From positions 1 to 64,000 of the forward strand of contig NMRA01000879.1 of the NCBI GenBank assembly GCA_002633005.1: DNA of 64,000 nucleotides, given 5' to 3'. Below the pieces are notes generated by a model. The model made no database searches. It saw nothing but the letters and a program-made list of their open reading frames with translations, and was not told the DNA's origin. A program made the position numbers and the translations under genes. Position 1 is the first letter of the stretch, and each line of letters opens with the position of its first letter. Shown piece after piece: positions 13,816 through 26,400 of this stretch. The DNA comes from Phoronis australis (lineage: Eukaryota > Animalia > Phoronida).

Positions 13816-14968
13816 GCGGTTGCAATGGGAATCGTTTGAATTTAAATGTTACACAAAGAGCGAATTATGCGCTTCTGAGGATTCATTTCAGTTTCTGTTT
13901 TTTCATCGTCACTCAGCTTCCGAAAACATGTCTTAATAGTTTTCTTAGCACAGTTAAGCAGACGACGGAAACGGAGTGCTATGGCGCAGCGACAGTGGCA
14001 GCCGCCTTGGATACCACGCACACATCGACCGGTAGTAGCAATATTTAGCCAAATAGTTACCGTTACGATTGCGCCCGTTGTCGGAATCGGACAATGTCTG
14101 AATAGGGGGCTGCCGCAACCCCTCCCTTAATCCGCCTATGATCTGTGAAGACTTGTTGCCCATATACATGTACATGTACATCCTCTTAGAGGGAGTTACG
14201 TAATTGGCTTTAGACAACGTGCTTCAAGTTTCAGCGCTAAGATACATTCCATTTCGATTCCTTTAGCTATATTTTGAAAACCCAATCCAAAACCGAAAGG
14301 TCAACACAACGCACTGACTATCACGACCACATAGATGTGGTTTGGAACACAAAATGTTGATACATAATTGCGTTTTCAGCAGTTGCTGTTTGACCACGAT
14401 TTCAAATTTCACAATCTCTAGCAACTGAGTCTATCAATCTTTTTGTGCTTGAATTTCCAATAAACACATTGTCTCAAATTGAATGTAGTACCTCAAGTAT
14501 TATATAAGGTGTAAATTTATGGCTTAGTATAAAATCGAGAACTGTATTATCAGTAGAGAAAATTAATAAACACAAAACGTATTTTTGCGATTAAAACATC
14601 GGCGCTAGTTATGGAAAATCCCAGACTCATTCGTTAGGCTGCTCAATAAATATAGTATGATGATTTGTCGTAAAAGGAATTTTATCCATCAAGGTACCTT
14701 CAAAGGAACCACCCACCCATTGTAAATGGGTTTAGTGAAATGTTAAATGCATTGTTATTTGTCTTAAAGGAGAATAAGAACACATCACACCATGGTCATA
14801 ATCAATTATAGAAAAAAACAGATTCAATGCTGTGTGGCTTCATTACTTGGGGTACAAATTTGACTCACAGCATACACTCTAGTCACCACCTGGCTCACAG
14901 CGTTCGCGCTAACCTGTTTAAGTTGCCCAAAAGAACAAATCCACTTTTCGCATTGGCTTTAACCATAC

Positions 14969-15175
14969 CTGAACACAGACTCGCGTCACAATACCGCCAT
15001 CCTCCAGTCGTAAAGTAACACCATGGTCCATATGGTTCACCATCAGGATTCCTGCAATAATTCTCTGGGAGAAAAGCATACTTTGTGTATTTCCACATTC
15101 TGCACGTATCACCGTCTCTATCTTTACTGACTGTCCCCATGTAGTCTCTACCATCCTGTGTGTTTTTGCAGTCAT
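14969..15175 (-). CDS. Kringle-domain exon (phase 1-1, 207 bp)
   Basis: DCKNTQDGRDYMGTVSKDRDGDTCRMW...LPENYCRNPDGEPYGPWCYFTTGGWRYCDASLCS has six Cys and the NYCRNPD and PWCY kringle signature. Acceptor TGTAG|AT, donor CAG|GTATGG. Confidence 0.9.
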
Positions 15176-18100
15176 CTACATTGTAAATGGATATCGCACA
15201 TGACATTTAGCAATTGATGATTCAGCTTTAGGTGACCATTAATTAAGAAGAGGTGCATGAAGCAGCATTTGGACTGTTACAATTCCTTGAAATGCAAGGG
15301 TGGAAGTTAGTGTACTCCCTAATTCTGCCATGGATCAATCAATAATAATGTTTCTATAAATCCTACATGCAGTTTATTTCCAATTATTATGCTCAATATT
15401 GGCCATAACATGAGGTTGATTCCAAATTGAATATTATTTGCATGATCCTAACTATGCTAATGTAAATCAGATAATAACAATTCTTTAAATGGGTGACATT
15501 TGCACTATAGACGTACCGTGAGGACTCTAATAGTCTAACATCACGTCACGTTACTTACTGGATACGGTTGGGTGATTTACGTTGGTTCAGTTTCGATTCA
15601 AAACTCGTCCTTAAAAACCTTTGACCAAGCAATCACAGAGATAAGGAATTAGCTTTCAAGTTCCACTTTAATCTGGCGACTAATGGGAAACGCGGCACAT
15701 TTAACTATATGTAGAAGCCTATGACATGTCAAATTGGAATAAACTCGGACATCGCACACCTGTACCATGTGTATCAGAAACCTTTAGCCAGGGGAAAGTC
15801 GGGGGTTTGAGTGAATGCCCCCACGAAAAAGCGCAGCCTAGCTTGTACCTGCCATGCAAAATATGCAGAAGTTGTACAATATTAAAAATTCATCAACAAT
15901 TTTGTGTTACCATTCTTTATTAGTCAGCAAAATCAGACTTTGAACATGTTTTCTTGTGGAAAATCCTGACGTGGGCACGAATGCCTGTTCAGAGTTTTCT
16001 GAAACAAGTAGGCCTACGTCTACCAACAAATCTTTGGTCGATGAAAACGCCTTGTGTTGATGGTAAATCAAAGTCATTTGTGCACGACCTCGCAGACTGA
16101 CGCACGATCGACTTGTTAGATAAAAGAGGTGCCACCCTAACTGTCCGCTAAACGGCTATGATGCTGGCATGGAAAGACGAAAATGCGAAAGCTCATATGT
16201 GACCCACCACCACAAAATGAGTCTTAAGTCGGGATTTGTCATTTTTTAATTGTTATTTTTTTCTGAAAACGCAGTGTTTTCTGATCATTTTGAGGTATGA
16301 AACATGTCCTTATCTTCACAAATGACCGAGTTATTGCCAATTCTATTCGGGGAAAGCGAAAATTTAGAGCATTCAAAAGTCAAGGAAAATGGCCGACGAA
16401 AAGTGCCGACAGTGTCTTTAAAATTTCCATAACAACCTGCAGTTGAATGCTACATTTCAGACTTATTAGTATGCACAACAACATAAACAAATAAAAGTAA
16501 TAAAAATTAGAAAAAATATAGACCTTATCATGTAATCTCAGCCAAAAATGAGTGATATTCATGTTGGGTTGCTGCAACTGGGTCAATAAATTTCCCAGCT
16601 AATGTGTACAGGGTCAGTCCACTTGTGACAGGAGGGGTTACCGCAAGTAAAACAAGTAGTTAAAGTGTATTTTGGAGAAATTTAATAAAATGAAGTCCTG
16701 TAGATTACAAAATACACGTTCGTGGCTGATTTTTGTTCGAAATAATTCAAAATTTTACGCTAGTGTGAATAATTTTGAAAAAATGACAATCACTCATCCC
16801 TATCCAAGTCCACTGACACTGACTGAAGAGCAACGATTTCCTCGACTTCTCACCGAGTGATTCAGCCCTATCGAAGATTGTTCTCTCTTGCAGTAATATT
16901 CAGCTGCTTGCACCCCGATCCACTGGCTTTGCAGATACAAGACATTGTTGTGCGATTAAGCTAATCCGGACTGTTTTCTTCAAGTTCTGTTTGTTCCAAT
17001 CCAACGACTTGGAATCCAACGCAACCGTATTCGCGATGGGTCGATCATGAAACTCATCTGGCGACGAGTTGCTGCCGTCAGACGANNNNNNNNNNNNNNN
17101 NNNNNNNNNNNNNNNNNNNNNNNNNNNNNNNNNNNNNNNNNNNNNNNNNNNNNNNNNNNNNNNNNNNNNNNNNNNNNNNNNNNNNNNNNNNNNNNNNNNN
17201 NNNNNNNNNNNNNNNNNNNNNNNNNNNNNNNNNNNNNNNNNNNNNNNNNNNNNNNNNNNNNNNNNNNNNNNNNNNNNNNNNNNNNNNNNNNNNNNNNNNN
17301 NNNNNNNNNNNNNNNNNNNNNNNNNNNNNNNNNNNNNNNNNNNNNNNNNNNNNNNNNNNNNNNNNNNNNNNNNNNNNNNNNNNNNNNNNNNNNNNNNNNN
17401 NNNNNNNNNNNNNNNNNNNNNNNNNNNNNNNNNNNNNNNNNNNNNNNNNNNNNNNNNNNNNNNNNNNNNNNNNNNNNNNNNNNNNNNNNNNNNNNNNNNN
17501 NNNNNNNNNNNNNNNNNNNNNNNNNNNNNNNNNNNNNNNNNNNNNNNNNNNNNNNNNNNNNNNNNNNNNNNNNNNNNNNNNNNNNNNNNNNNNNNNNNNN
17601 NNNNNNNNNNNNNNNNNNNNNNNNNNNNNNNNNNNNNNNNNNNNNNNNNNNNNNNNNNNNNNNNNNNNNNNNNTAAAAAAATAAGTCCTCTTACCGTATC
17701 TCAGCACTTCAATTTCAGTTCAGAGATAATAGTTTTCATCTTAAATCTTCTTATTCTTCACCTTATTAACCCGCCGTATCACTGTATGTTATGGCCGCCA
17801 TTCTACCTCTACAATTCCTGGCAACAGGCGCATTGTAATCCCTTGTCGGCGAGTCATAACAAGCGTCGAAAGCAGTTGTGGGAAAAGTCGTGTGAGAAGT
17901 TTGTGCTGCCCTTATTTCGGTATGTGTGCCTACGTTTTGTAGGGTTTCCAAAAGACGAGGAGGGGAGGGAAGTTAAAAAGAGTTCGCTTCCCTGTCAGTT
18001 ACATTTCTCGTCATGACTTAGTCATCTATAATTCCTCAATCCCCAAATGGAATTCCAGATTTTGTTTGCCGATTTCTAAGTAGACGTCTCGTCCCGTTTA

Positions 18101-18577
18101 CTGCCACTGGTGAACTCTGAATGCCGGCACAAGTATTGTTTTTTAGCTCACGTGCCAAATGTCACTTGATACATCCCGGGAAAATACACAGATACAGTAT
18201 CAAAGTTTGACATCAGCGTAAGCCTACACAGCAATGGGTTTTATGTCAAGACTAAATTAGCAACAGATATGTGATGTGATAAGCTGTTACATATTTCTTA
18301 AGACATTTTCGGGACTGGGTGAGGAGCTCAAGAAGTAAAACTTAATAATTGCCAACTGTATCAAAGAAATGGCATAAGAATATTTATTGAAAGTAAAAAA
18401 TTAATAACAGTTACAGAACACTCAGAATTCCACGCTATAGACATACTGTTGTAGTTGTAGCGACAGCAGACGATAATGTAGGCGTAGTTCCTGGGGTGGT
18501 CTATTTCAATAGGGAGCGATGAATCAGCGCGGCTTTACGTGATTTTGCATTTCACATCATAAAGAGTTCCATAGCAA

Positions 18578-18734
18578 CTCGAGTATGAGTGTCAGATTTG
18601 AGTACGTTTGGAGTCTACTCGAAATACGACATTTGATACGTTTTTTTGAGTACGACTCCAGTGAGCACGATTTTGAGTATGAAATCTCGTGTATGAGTAT
18701 GAGTCTGAGTACGGAGATTGGAGACCGGGCCCTG
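18578..18734. repeat. MITE-like fragment built of GAGTA(T/C)GA repeats, ending ACCGGGCCCTG
   Basis: About 8 GAGTAY-type motifs and a GGGCCCGGT-type terminus. The partner terminus is not clear. Confidence 0.4.
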
Positions 18735-19702
18735 GAGCCGAGTGATACCCAGTTCTTTTAGATTTGTTGCCGAGAAAGAAGTGAGATTCATTAAGGGAAG
18801 ATTGAACAACAAGGTACAAAACTGTGATCCAGAGGCTTTTTGGTTTGGCGACAGACAGGAGGTAAACAGTTGTTTACTTCTTGATGAGTATTTAAAAACA
18901 GGACACCTCCTGAACGAACATTATAACAAAGATCTTGACTCTATAGACCACCCCCTCACAGAGGTGTTCCGTAGTCGGTGGGCGGAAAATTGTCACACTA
19001 GTACTAACACATGCCCACAACAGCAAAGAATTACTTACAGGCGTTGTTTTGAGAAGATAAAGCCCTGAGTAATCAAATTAAATGTATTGGTCGCGTTTGA
19101 ACTGTGGTCCAAAAATGCATTGTGCGTCGCTTACTGTTTAGTTTCTAAGAGGAACCCCACCCCCAAAGAGATTGTTCCAGTGTTTCAAAAATTCAAACCA
19201 CATTCGTAATCGTGGCTACTGACCTGACACGAAACTTGTGCATGATATGCTTTAAGCACTACTATAAAAAACGCTATATTGATTTTAAAATTCCTAACTT
19301 TTTGCACGAGGGACTATCAGAAAAGGACTTATTTTTTTGCATGAGACGACAAAGAAATGAAACTTCCATTGCTCAACTTGAACGTTTATATCAAATAAAA
19401 ATTGATCATGCCATTGATACCGGTGTGTTGCTTTCAACGTATTTTTGTTAACTTTAACTAAAATGCGTGGTTCCTTTACCGGCGACCCGGTTAGACATTT
19501 CCCGAAACAAAGAGAAGTACTGTTCGTCACTACTTGAACCAACTGCTGGTAACTACTCCATTACTGTAAGAGCGTTTCTCCAGATCATTGTCCTTTGGGA
19601 CTAAACTTGATTTGGTAGTACTTGTACATGTACCTGACTTCTCACAAAACACCTTACTGGCCAATATACTTCGTCACGCAGCTAATACAGGTACATGTAA
19701 AG

Positions 19703-19704
<2 letters not shown>

Positions 19705-19739
<35 letters not shown>

Positions 19740-19747
19740 ATATATAG
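19705..19747. repeat. (TA)n microsatellite
   Basis: Directly visible. Confidence 0.95.
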
Positions 19748-20361
19748 ATTATTATATGTTCTCAGCCTTTACCCCCCTTATCTAGAGCCCTCGTGGATTT
19801 TGGAGAATTATCACGCTCAGGGCGTTATTTTATTTGTACAACATACTAAACGAGAAACATTGCAATGAATCTATTTATCTTATCTGACTCCCCACGGCTT
19901 TGTAACTACATGTGTACTTTCTATGTCAGAGGCCCGGGGTCGGAGGTTGTGACCTTTTAAGAAAAGCCGGGCTAGTTTTGTCAAATAATGCTTTTACTCA
20001 AAACCAATTGAAAACTTAAATATAATAGAAATAAATTGAATTTGTAAATTAAGGTTTACCAACTATTATAGCTTAAAACACGTTTTTTCACGCTAAGCTT
20101 CGACCGGGAAATTATCGTCTGCTAAAGTAGGTTACCACTGGTAACTGAATGTAATTCTGACGACAAGATACACGCATTCAAACTGGAGATCGGTGATTTA
20201 CAAGTAAGAGGACATGAGAGAAAAAATTCACTGAATTAAGATATCATTTTTATGGAAATTATGTGTCTTATTTTTCGTAGCGTATAAGTGCAGTACAATG
20301 CGGTTTGTTGAACATGCAATTATTGCGCGTGCTCATTTAAGTATTTTATTTTCACGCTTGT

Positions 20362-20432
20362 CGCTGCATGGTGTAGTGGTAAAGTCGGCGATCAGCAATG
20401 CCAGGGTACCTGGTTCGACTCCGTCCTCGGTT
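20362..20432 (+). mobile_element. tRNA-derived SINE head or tRNA pseudogene
   Basis: A-box TGGTGTAGTGGTAA and B-box GGTTCGACTCC at tRNA-like spacing. The acceptor stem does not pair well. Confidence 0.55.
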
Positions 20433-20984
20433 TCCCGCCAAATGGTGAGATAACTTTATGGGTTATTACATGGTTGTATCTGCCATTTGCTTCTAATATT
20501 GTGGTATAAGTATCAGTATTCCAAATTCGGACTTTTGCCAATGGAATACCCTTTCCAGAATCTTCTACGAGATGTCTCACTTTAAATTCACTCCCGATCT
20601 ACCGAAGTTATTTCCTACTACAAATAGCTTTTCTGCCCAATTTCATTTGACATTTTCTACAGGTAAGGTGAGTGCCGGTTCATTCCTAGACTCAGTGGTG
20701 TAGTGGGGCGTTGGCGCACGTAGGCGCAGTCAACCACATTTTTACCTTTGAACGTAGCGCCTACGAACCGTAAGTTACTGTGCTCAAGGTAATACATTGG
20801 GCTCTGGGCGTCTACTTCCTCTAATTTTACCACTACAGCACTGCCTAGACTATGCATGCACTCCCACAAGTCGTTAGCTCTATGTATTTTGATACATGGA
20901 TGAGTTTCTCAACCAGGTGAAAAGAAGAAGTCTATTGAGGTTTACCACATAGTGGTTCCTAGTTGTAACTGACCTATCGTAAGC

Positions 20985-21092
20985 TCCACCATTTGCGCAA
21001 TGTGAACAAACAAACGACAAGTTTTATCCGACAACGTGTTATTTGTCGGGTAAAATGGCGACTGGAAACGAAGGTGTGTCAAGAATGCTGCG
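20985..21092 (+). repeat. Dispersed repeat, inverted homolog of ~51022-51140
   Basis: ACAAACAAAC...TTTTA.CCGACAACG.G....TGTCGGG.AAAATG.CGAC.TGGAAACGAAGGTGTGTCAAGAATGCTGCG is shared with the reverse complement at 51.0-51.1 kb. Confidence 0.75.
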
Positions 21093-23208
21093 TTCTGTTT
21101 GTTCAGTTACGAGTCACTCAAAATCCTGGCGACAGGTCAAATTGAGGATACATGTAGTTGGGTGACTGGCTTTACACAACGTATGTAGGGATGCAACAAC
21201 TATTAATGAAGCGGATAAAGTAAGCATGCAGTTCATGGAGTCCCATAATTTGCAAATCTTGCTCACTAGCGGAGAAATGCGTTGCATAGATTCAAGTAAA
21301 TTGCGAAACCGTAAGATGACAAGGTACATGTATCACCAAAAGCCGAGCTCACCGTTCAACCATTGCATTCCCTTGGGTCCTAAGCCCAATCTGATAAGAT
21401 ATGCTGTGCGTGAATCAAGTCAGAAGGCGAAAGCATGCCGTCCCCGTCTCTTTTATCGCAATGAATTATTCAAATCATAAACACCACAAAGATAGTTTCC
21501 GACATTTGCACAATAATACGTACAAGGCACAGTCCTGTGACAACGATTGCATAACGAGGCCTACTGTGAGTGGCTAGGCTCAGCATATGTTATACTGAGT
21601 GTAATTAACTTTGGAAAACAAACAGTTGAAACAGAACAACGATCATGCAACATTAAATTATTGAAAAAAAATGCTATATACATGTAGTTAGAATATTGAT
21701 TATGACATATAAATTGGCGAAAACATCGGAAACTGAGTTACCGGCGGTGGTCCCCTGATACTTCCGTCACGGCCGGGCGGCTGACTGTCAACGATGAACA
21801 GCAAAATACCATTTGATGGCAAAACAACTTCAGTAAGGAAACTTTCCAAGGTTCCAAACTAGTTTAGTATCAGTATTAATGAGATAAAAGTAAAAGGACT
21901 GATTCTCACCCAAACAGAAACATCCATATACCGAACCGCCTGGAGTGCGCGGACCTCTGTGTTCCACCGGGCGAGATGTGCGCATTAGTCAGCTAACCAG
22001 GATTTAAATTCGTGTAACAAAGACATTAAAAAAATATTGTGCCCTAACACTGCAAACATTCAACTCATTGAGTACATTTCAGCACACCGCTTCCGCATCA
22101 CGTAATTTTTTATAGTTAAACAACATAAGTATATATATTGTAGTTTTTGTCAGGTTTTAAAGTATATTTTCGCTAACAATTGGAAATGAAATCCAATTTC
22201 GCAAGTTATATTTTTCCCGGCTTAGAGTCACGGCAGCTGCAGGGGAATTACTTCGCTCGTTACTGTGTCCGCCCACTAAACTCAAGCAAAGGTGTGCGTT
22301 ATAGCAGTTGAGATGTACAGCTCACAGGAATCGTTTCTGAACTGATGCAGATAGAGTTTTTATAGTTGGGATCAAGTATCTTTGTTTCAGAGGAAATCAA
22401 ATAACGAAAGTAGACGGGAATAGTCGATGATTTTCTGATCTTAGTCGATGAATTAATGTGTACTCAAAAAAGCTTTTAGTTTGATGACAGAAAAGAATGT
22501 GGACATTACAGCATGTTACATACATGTATTACTTAATTTGGTATTTCTAAGTTTTTGAACTAGATTGCTCTTTAGAGATATTGTCTTTCAAGTTCAAGCG
22601 CAGTGCCTGTTTGTTGGTGAAGTGTGACGTCATTTTGACCTAATGGACTACCGTTGTGTGACACAACCGAATAACCAATAATTTGTTACAAATTCAAAAG
22701 GTGAACTGCCCCATTGTTACACTGTACAAGAATCGGAAAAATTATCCAAGACCTATTTTCGGAATTGTGATATGCACTTCTCCCCATCTAACATTACCTG
22801 TGATTCCGGATTAAGCCATAATAAGGGCATATACGTCATCCTTAAACACTCAAATTGTACTCGGTTAGGAAATCAGCAAATACATGTACGATCTCATCTT
22901 TTAACTCAAAATCTAGCTCGAAAATATACTATGCATTAACCAAGTTCTTTTAGTACAAAAGCTCGTCATCTATACACCAGTCTGTACTTGAGAATATTAC
23001 GGAGTACATACATCACTATGTACTGTACCTGTAATTAGAAATTTGCACTTGATGACGCCTAGATTCGAGGTACAAACTCAAAAAATTGAGATTTTGGGGC
23101 CAGACTCAACTCAGAGCTTTAACGCTGCGGTAATAAAATTTAAGATATTTTTACATGGTCGTACACATGACAAATTACGTAATCTACGACAGGATTTTAG
23201 ACACTTAC

Positions 23209-23394
23209 CTTTAGTCCATACCAAAGAAGAACACCAATTTCATTATCGATTACGAGTAAATAAGATAGATCGTGGCACCTGATCCACAACTCTGATTTAG
23301 TGCGCAATGATGAACTGCACACCCCAGTTTTATTGGATGAACTCACGCTTTTACGGATTGCAGCCCACGTCTCCAAATTGCCCTTGACGTTACC
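23209..23394 (-). CDS. Candidate exon (186 bp, open only in phase 0-0), possibly the divergent C-terminal half of the F-type lectin domain
   Basis: Acceptor TACAG|GGT and strong donor AAG|GTAAGT. Reads GNVKGNLETWAAIRKSVSSSNKTGVCSSSLRTKSELWIRCHDLSYLLVIDNEIGVLLWYGLK, with two Cys spaced as in the second half of an F-type lectin domain. Its phase conflicts with the neighbouring exons. Confidence 0.4.
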
Positions 23395-23444
23395 CTGTAT
23401 TTACATGTACGAGCAGGAAACTGGCCTGTACGACAGTAGTAATA

Positions 23445-26400
23445 CAATAGTGCAATTTCGCATGCGCACATACAACTCTCTGCATGGTGTATTTACGTGC
23501 ATAGTGAAGTATAGGAGCATTGCACTGCATAAAATTTGCATCCTTTGAGAGAAAGAGTGAGATGTCCCTAGTAACTATGAAAGAGTAAGAGTAAAGAGTA
23601 AGAATATCTACGGAAACTGCACATACAGTAATGACCCCACAGGAACACCTAATGACCCCAAAGTTTGTGCCTGAATTACGTTTACGTTTGGAGACTATAT
23701 ACGTAATTATGTAAGGTCTAGTTCAAAATTCAGTTTAGTTTGCTCTTAATAACCTTTGACCAGGAAATTTGGTTCCCTTGATCCCATCTAAATTCCAAGT
23801 AAATTTCGGATGCAGATCACTGGTGACTGCTCGTTTTCAAAATTCAGAGAGTCTATCTAAAAACATGTAGAAGAAGAAGGAACTTGACGGAATGCACTCT
23901 TTGAACCGTCTCGGGTCACTGCGGTGCATTTTGAGTCAAATCCAAGTGACCAATAGAATTTTATTGGCAATTGGTTGAGCTACCATGAATATGAATGCTC
24001 TCCATAATGCACCGATTTAAGTACAATCTGATTGAGAAAGTCTTGCACTTAATGACCCTCAAGTTGCACCTAGTGACCCCAAAATCTTTGAGTGAACTTC
24101 CTTTATAATTCGTAATTATATGCATGATTATGAAAGGTCTAGCTCAAAAATCAACTTTGCAATTAATGACCTTTGACCGGAAACTCGGTTCCCTTTGTCC
24201 GAATAAAATTCCATGTAAATTTCTGAAGCAGTTTCTTAGGCCGTACTTGTTGGCAAAATTTGAAGAGTCTATCTAAAAACCGTCGAAGAAGAACCAATTT
24301 TACGAATTGTACTTCTTGATCCATTTCGGATCATCCGGGTGCCATATGGGTCACAACATTATAATTGATAATAGCCCCTTTATCATCGTATCAACCATCA
24401 TTGTTGTCAACGAATCGATGTAAGAGCAATAACAGTCCGAAACGGAAGGAACAATAAGAAGAAATAGAACGCAATTGCGTATGCGCACTTACAACTCTGC
24501 ACGTGGTGTTTGGATGTGCATAGTGAAGTACAGGAACATTACGTTGCATAGAAGTTGCATCACTTGTGTGAAAGAGAGAGATGTCCCTGGTAACTATGAA
24601 AGAGCTGGACTAAAGAGTAACAATATCAACGGAAAACTGCACCTAATGACCAAGCAGTTGCACCTAATGTCCCACAAAGTTTGTACTGGTTGACCCTCTT
24701 GCGGTCTTATAGTGCATTTTGGGTCATACACGTGTTATCAATAGACTTTGATCGGCAATTGGTTGAACCACCATGAATTTGAACGCTCTTCTTAATGCAT
24801 CATTTAAGTACAAGCTGATTAAAAAAATCTTAAACTTTAACCAAAACTGCAGTTAATGACCCCAAAGTTGCACCTAGTGACCCCAAAGCTTGTGACTAAA
24901 CTTCCTTTATGAATTGTAAACATATACATGTTTATGAAATCTAAATCTCGAAAATCACGTTTGCACTTAATGACCTTTAACCCGGAAACTCGGTTCCTTT
25001 GGTCCGATTGGAATTCCAAGTAAATTTGGGATGCAGATCTCTAGTGCCTTCTTGCTATCAATATTCGAAGTGTCTACATGTACCTAAAATCTGCTGAAGG
25101 AGAACCAATTCGACGGAATGCACTCCTTGACCTTTTTTGGGGCAATCCTGTGCATTTTGAGTCAAATCCATGAAATCAATAGTATTTGATCGGCAATTGG
25201 TTGAACCACCATGAATTTAAACGCTCTCACTAATGCATCAATTAAGTACAAACTGACTTAAAAAGTCTTAAATTTAACAGAAAAGTGCACTTAATGACCC
25301 CAAAGTTGCACCCAGTGACCCCAAAGTTTGTTACTGAATGGTAATCATATGCATCATTATGAAAGGTCTAGCTCAAAAATCACTTTTGCACTTAATGACC
25401 TTTGACCCGGAAACTCGGTTCCCTTTGTCCGATTGGAAATCCGTGTAAATTTCCGATGCATTTCTTTAGTCCCTACTTGTTAGCAAAATTCGAAGAGTCT
25501 ATCTAAAAACCTGTAGAAGAAGAAGCATTTTGTAAAAATGCACTCCTTGACCTGTTTCGGATCACTCCGGTGCATTTTGGGTGAAAATATTGTAATCAAT
25601 AAAAATAAACTTCATTTTCGTATCAACCAGAATGAATATGATTGTTGTTAACGAATCGATGCTAGAGTAATAACAATCTGAAAAGGAGGGGACAATAAGA
25701 ATAAGAATAAGAATAAGAACTAGAAAGATTATTGGCAAGGCCTTACTCTGCGCGTGCGTGTTACTGGGATTGCAATATGAAGTTTTTGACAGCAAGGAAT
25801 TCTTTAAAATTGTATTTTTATGACCTTTCCACTAATTGACCGGTTCCGGTGCATTATGAACCCCTTATGAGGGAATAATTCTCAACCCAATTAAAAGTGT
25901 GGTTGATGCTCAGAATGACAAGATAAATGAATTGGTCAAATTTTCAGAAGAATATTGCACCTAATGACCCCATGGGTGCACCAAATGTCCTGAAAATTTA
26001 GAATTCAAACTCAATCGCATTTAGAAAACAGATATGTAATTTTGAAATCTCTCGCCCAAAATTTTAATTTGCACTCAATGACCTTCGACCTATTTTTGCT
26101 GATTGGTTAAGAAAATTGCGTAATATAGTAGGGTGTTCAATTGGCATGTTGACTTACTCCAGTGTGCTGAAATTGAAAAGAATTTCTTGAAAAATGTAGA
26201 TATAACATTTTGAACGTTAGATGAACTTTGTACTAGTTGACTGTATCCGGTGCATTATAAGCGTCTTTAGGAGAATTGTTGCAAAGCCCATGAAAAGTGT
26301 TTGATGCTGAGATTCACAGTTGTCTAACACAATTGTCTGACACATCAGAATATTTGGTGAATGAAAAGGACAAATGTTCTGAAGAAAAATGCACCTAATG

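Noticed and set aside
17047-18016. Long ORFs of 209-315 aa (also 10685-11006)
   Set aside because: Artefacts of translating through N-gaps.
18718-19068. 116-aa plus-strand ORF
   Set aside because: It starts inside a MITE-like repeat and has no recognisable motif or supported splice chain.
20362-20432. Functional tRNA gene
   Set aside because: A and B boxes are present but the acceptor and anticodon stems do not pair convincingly, so it is treated as a SINE head or pseudogene.
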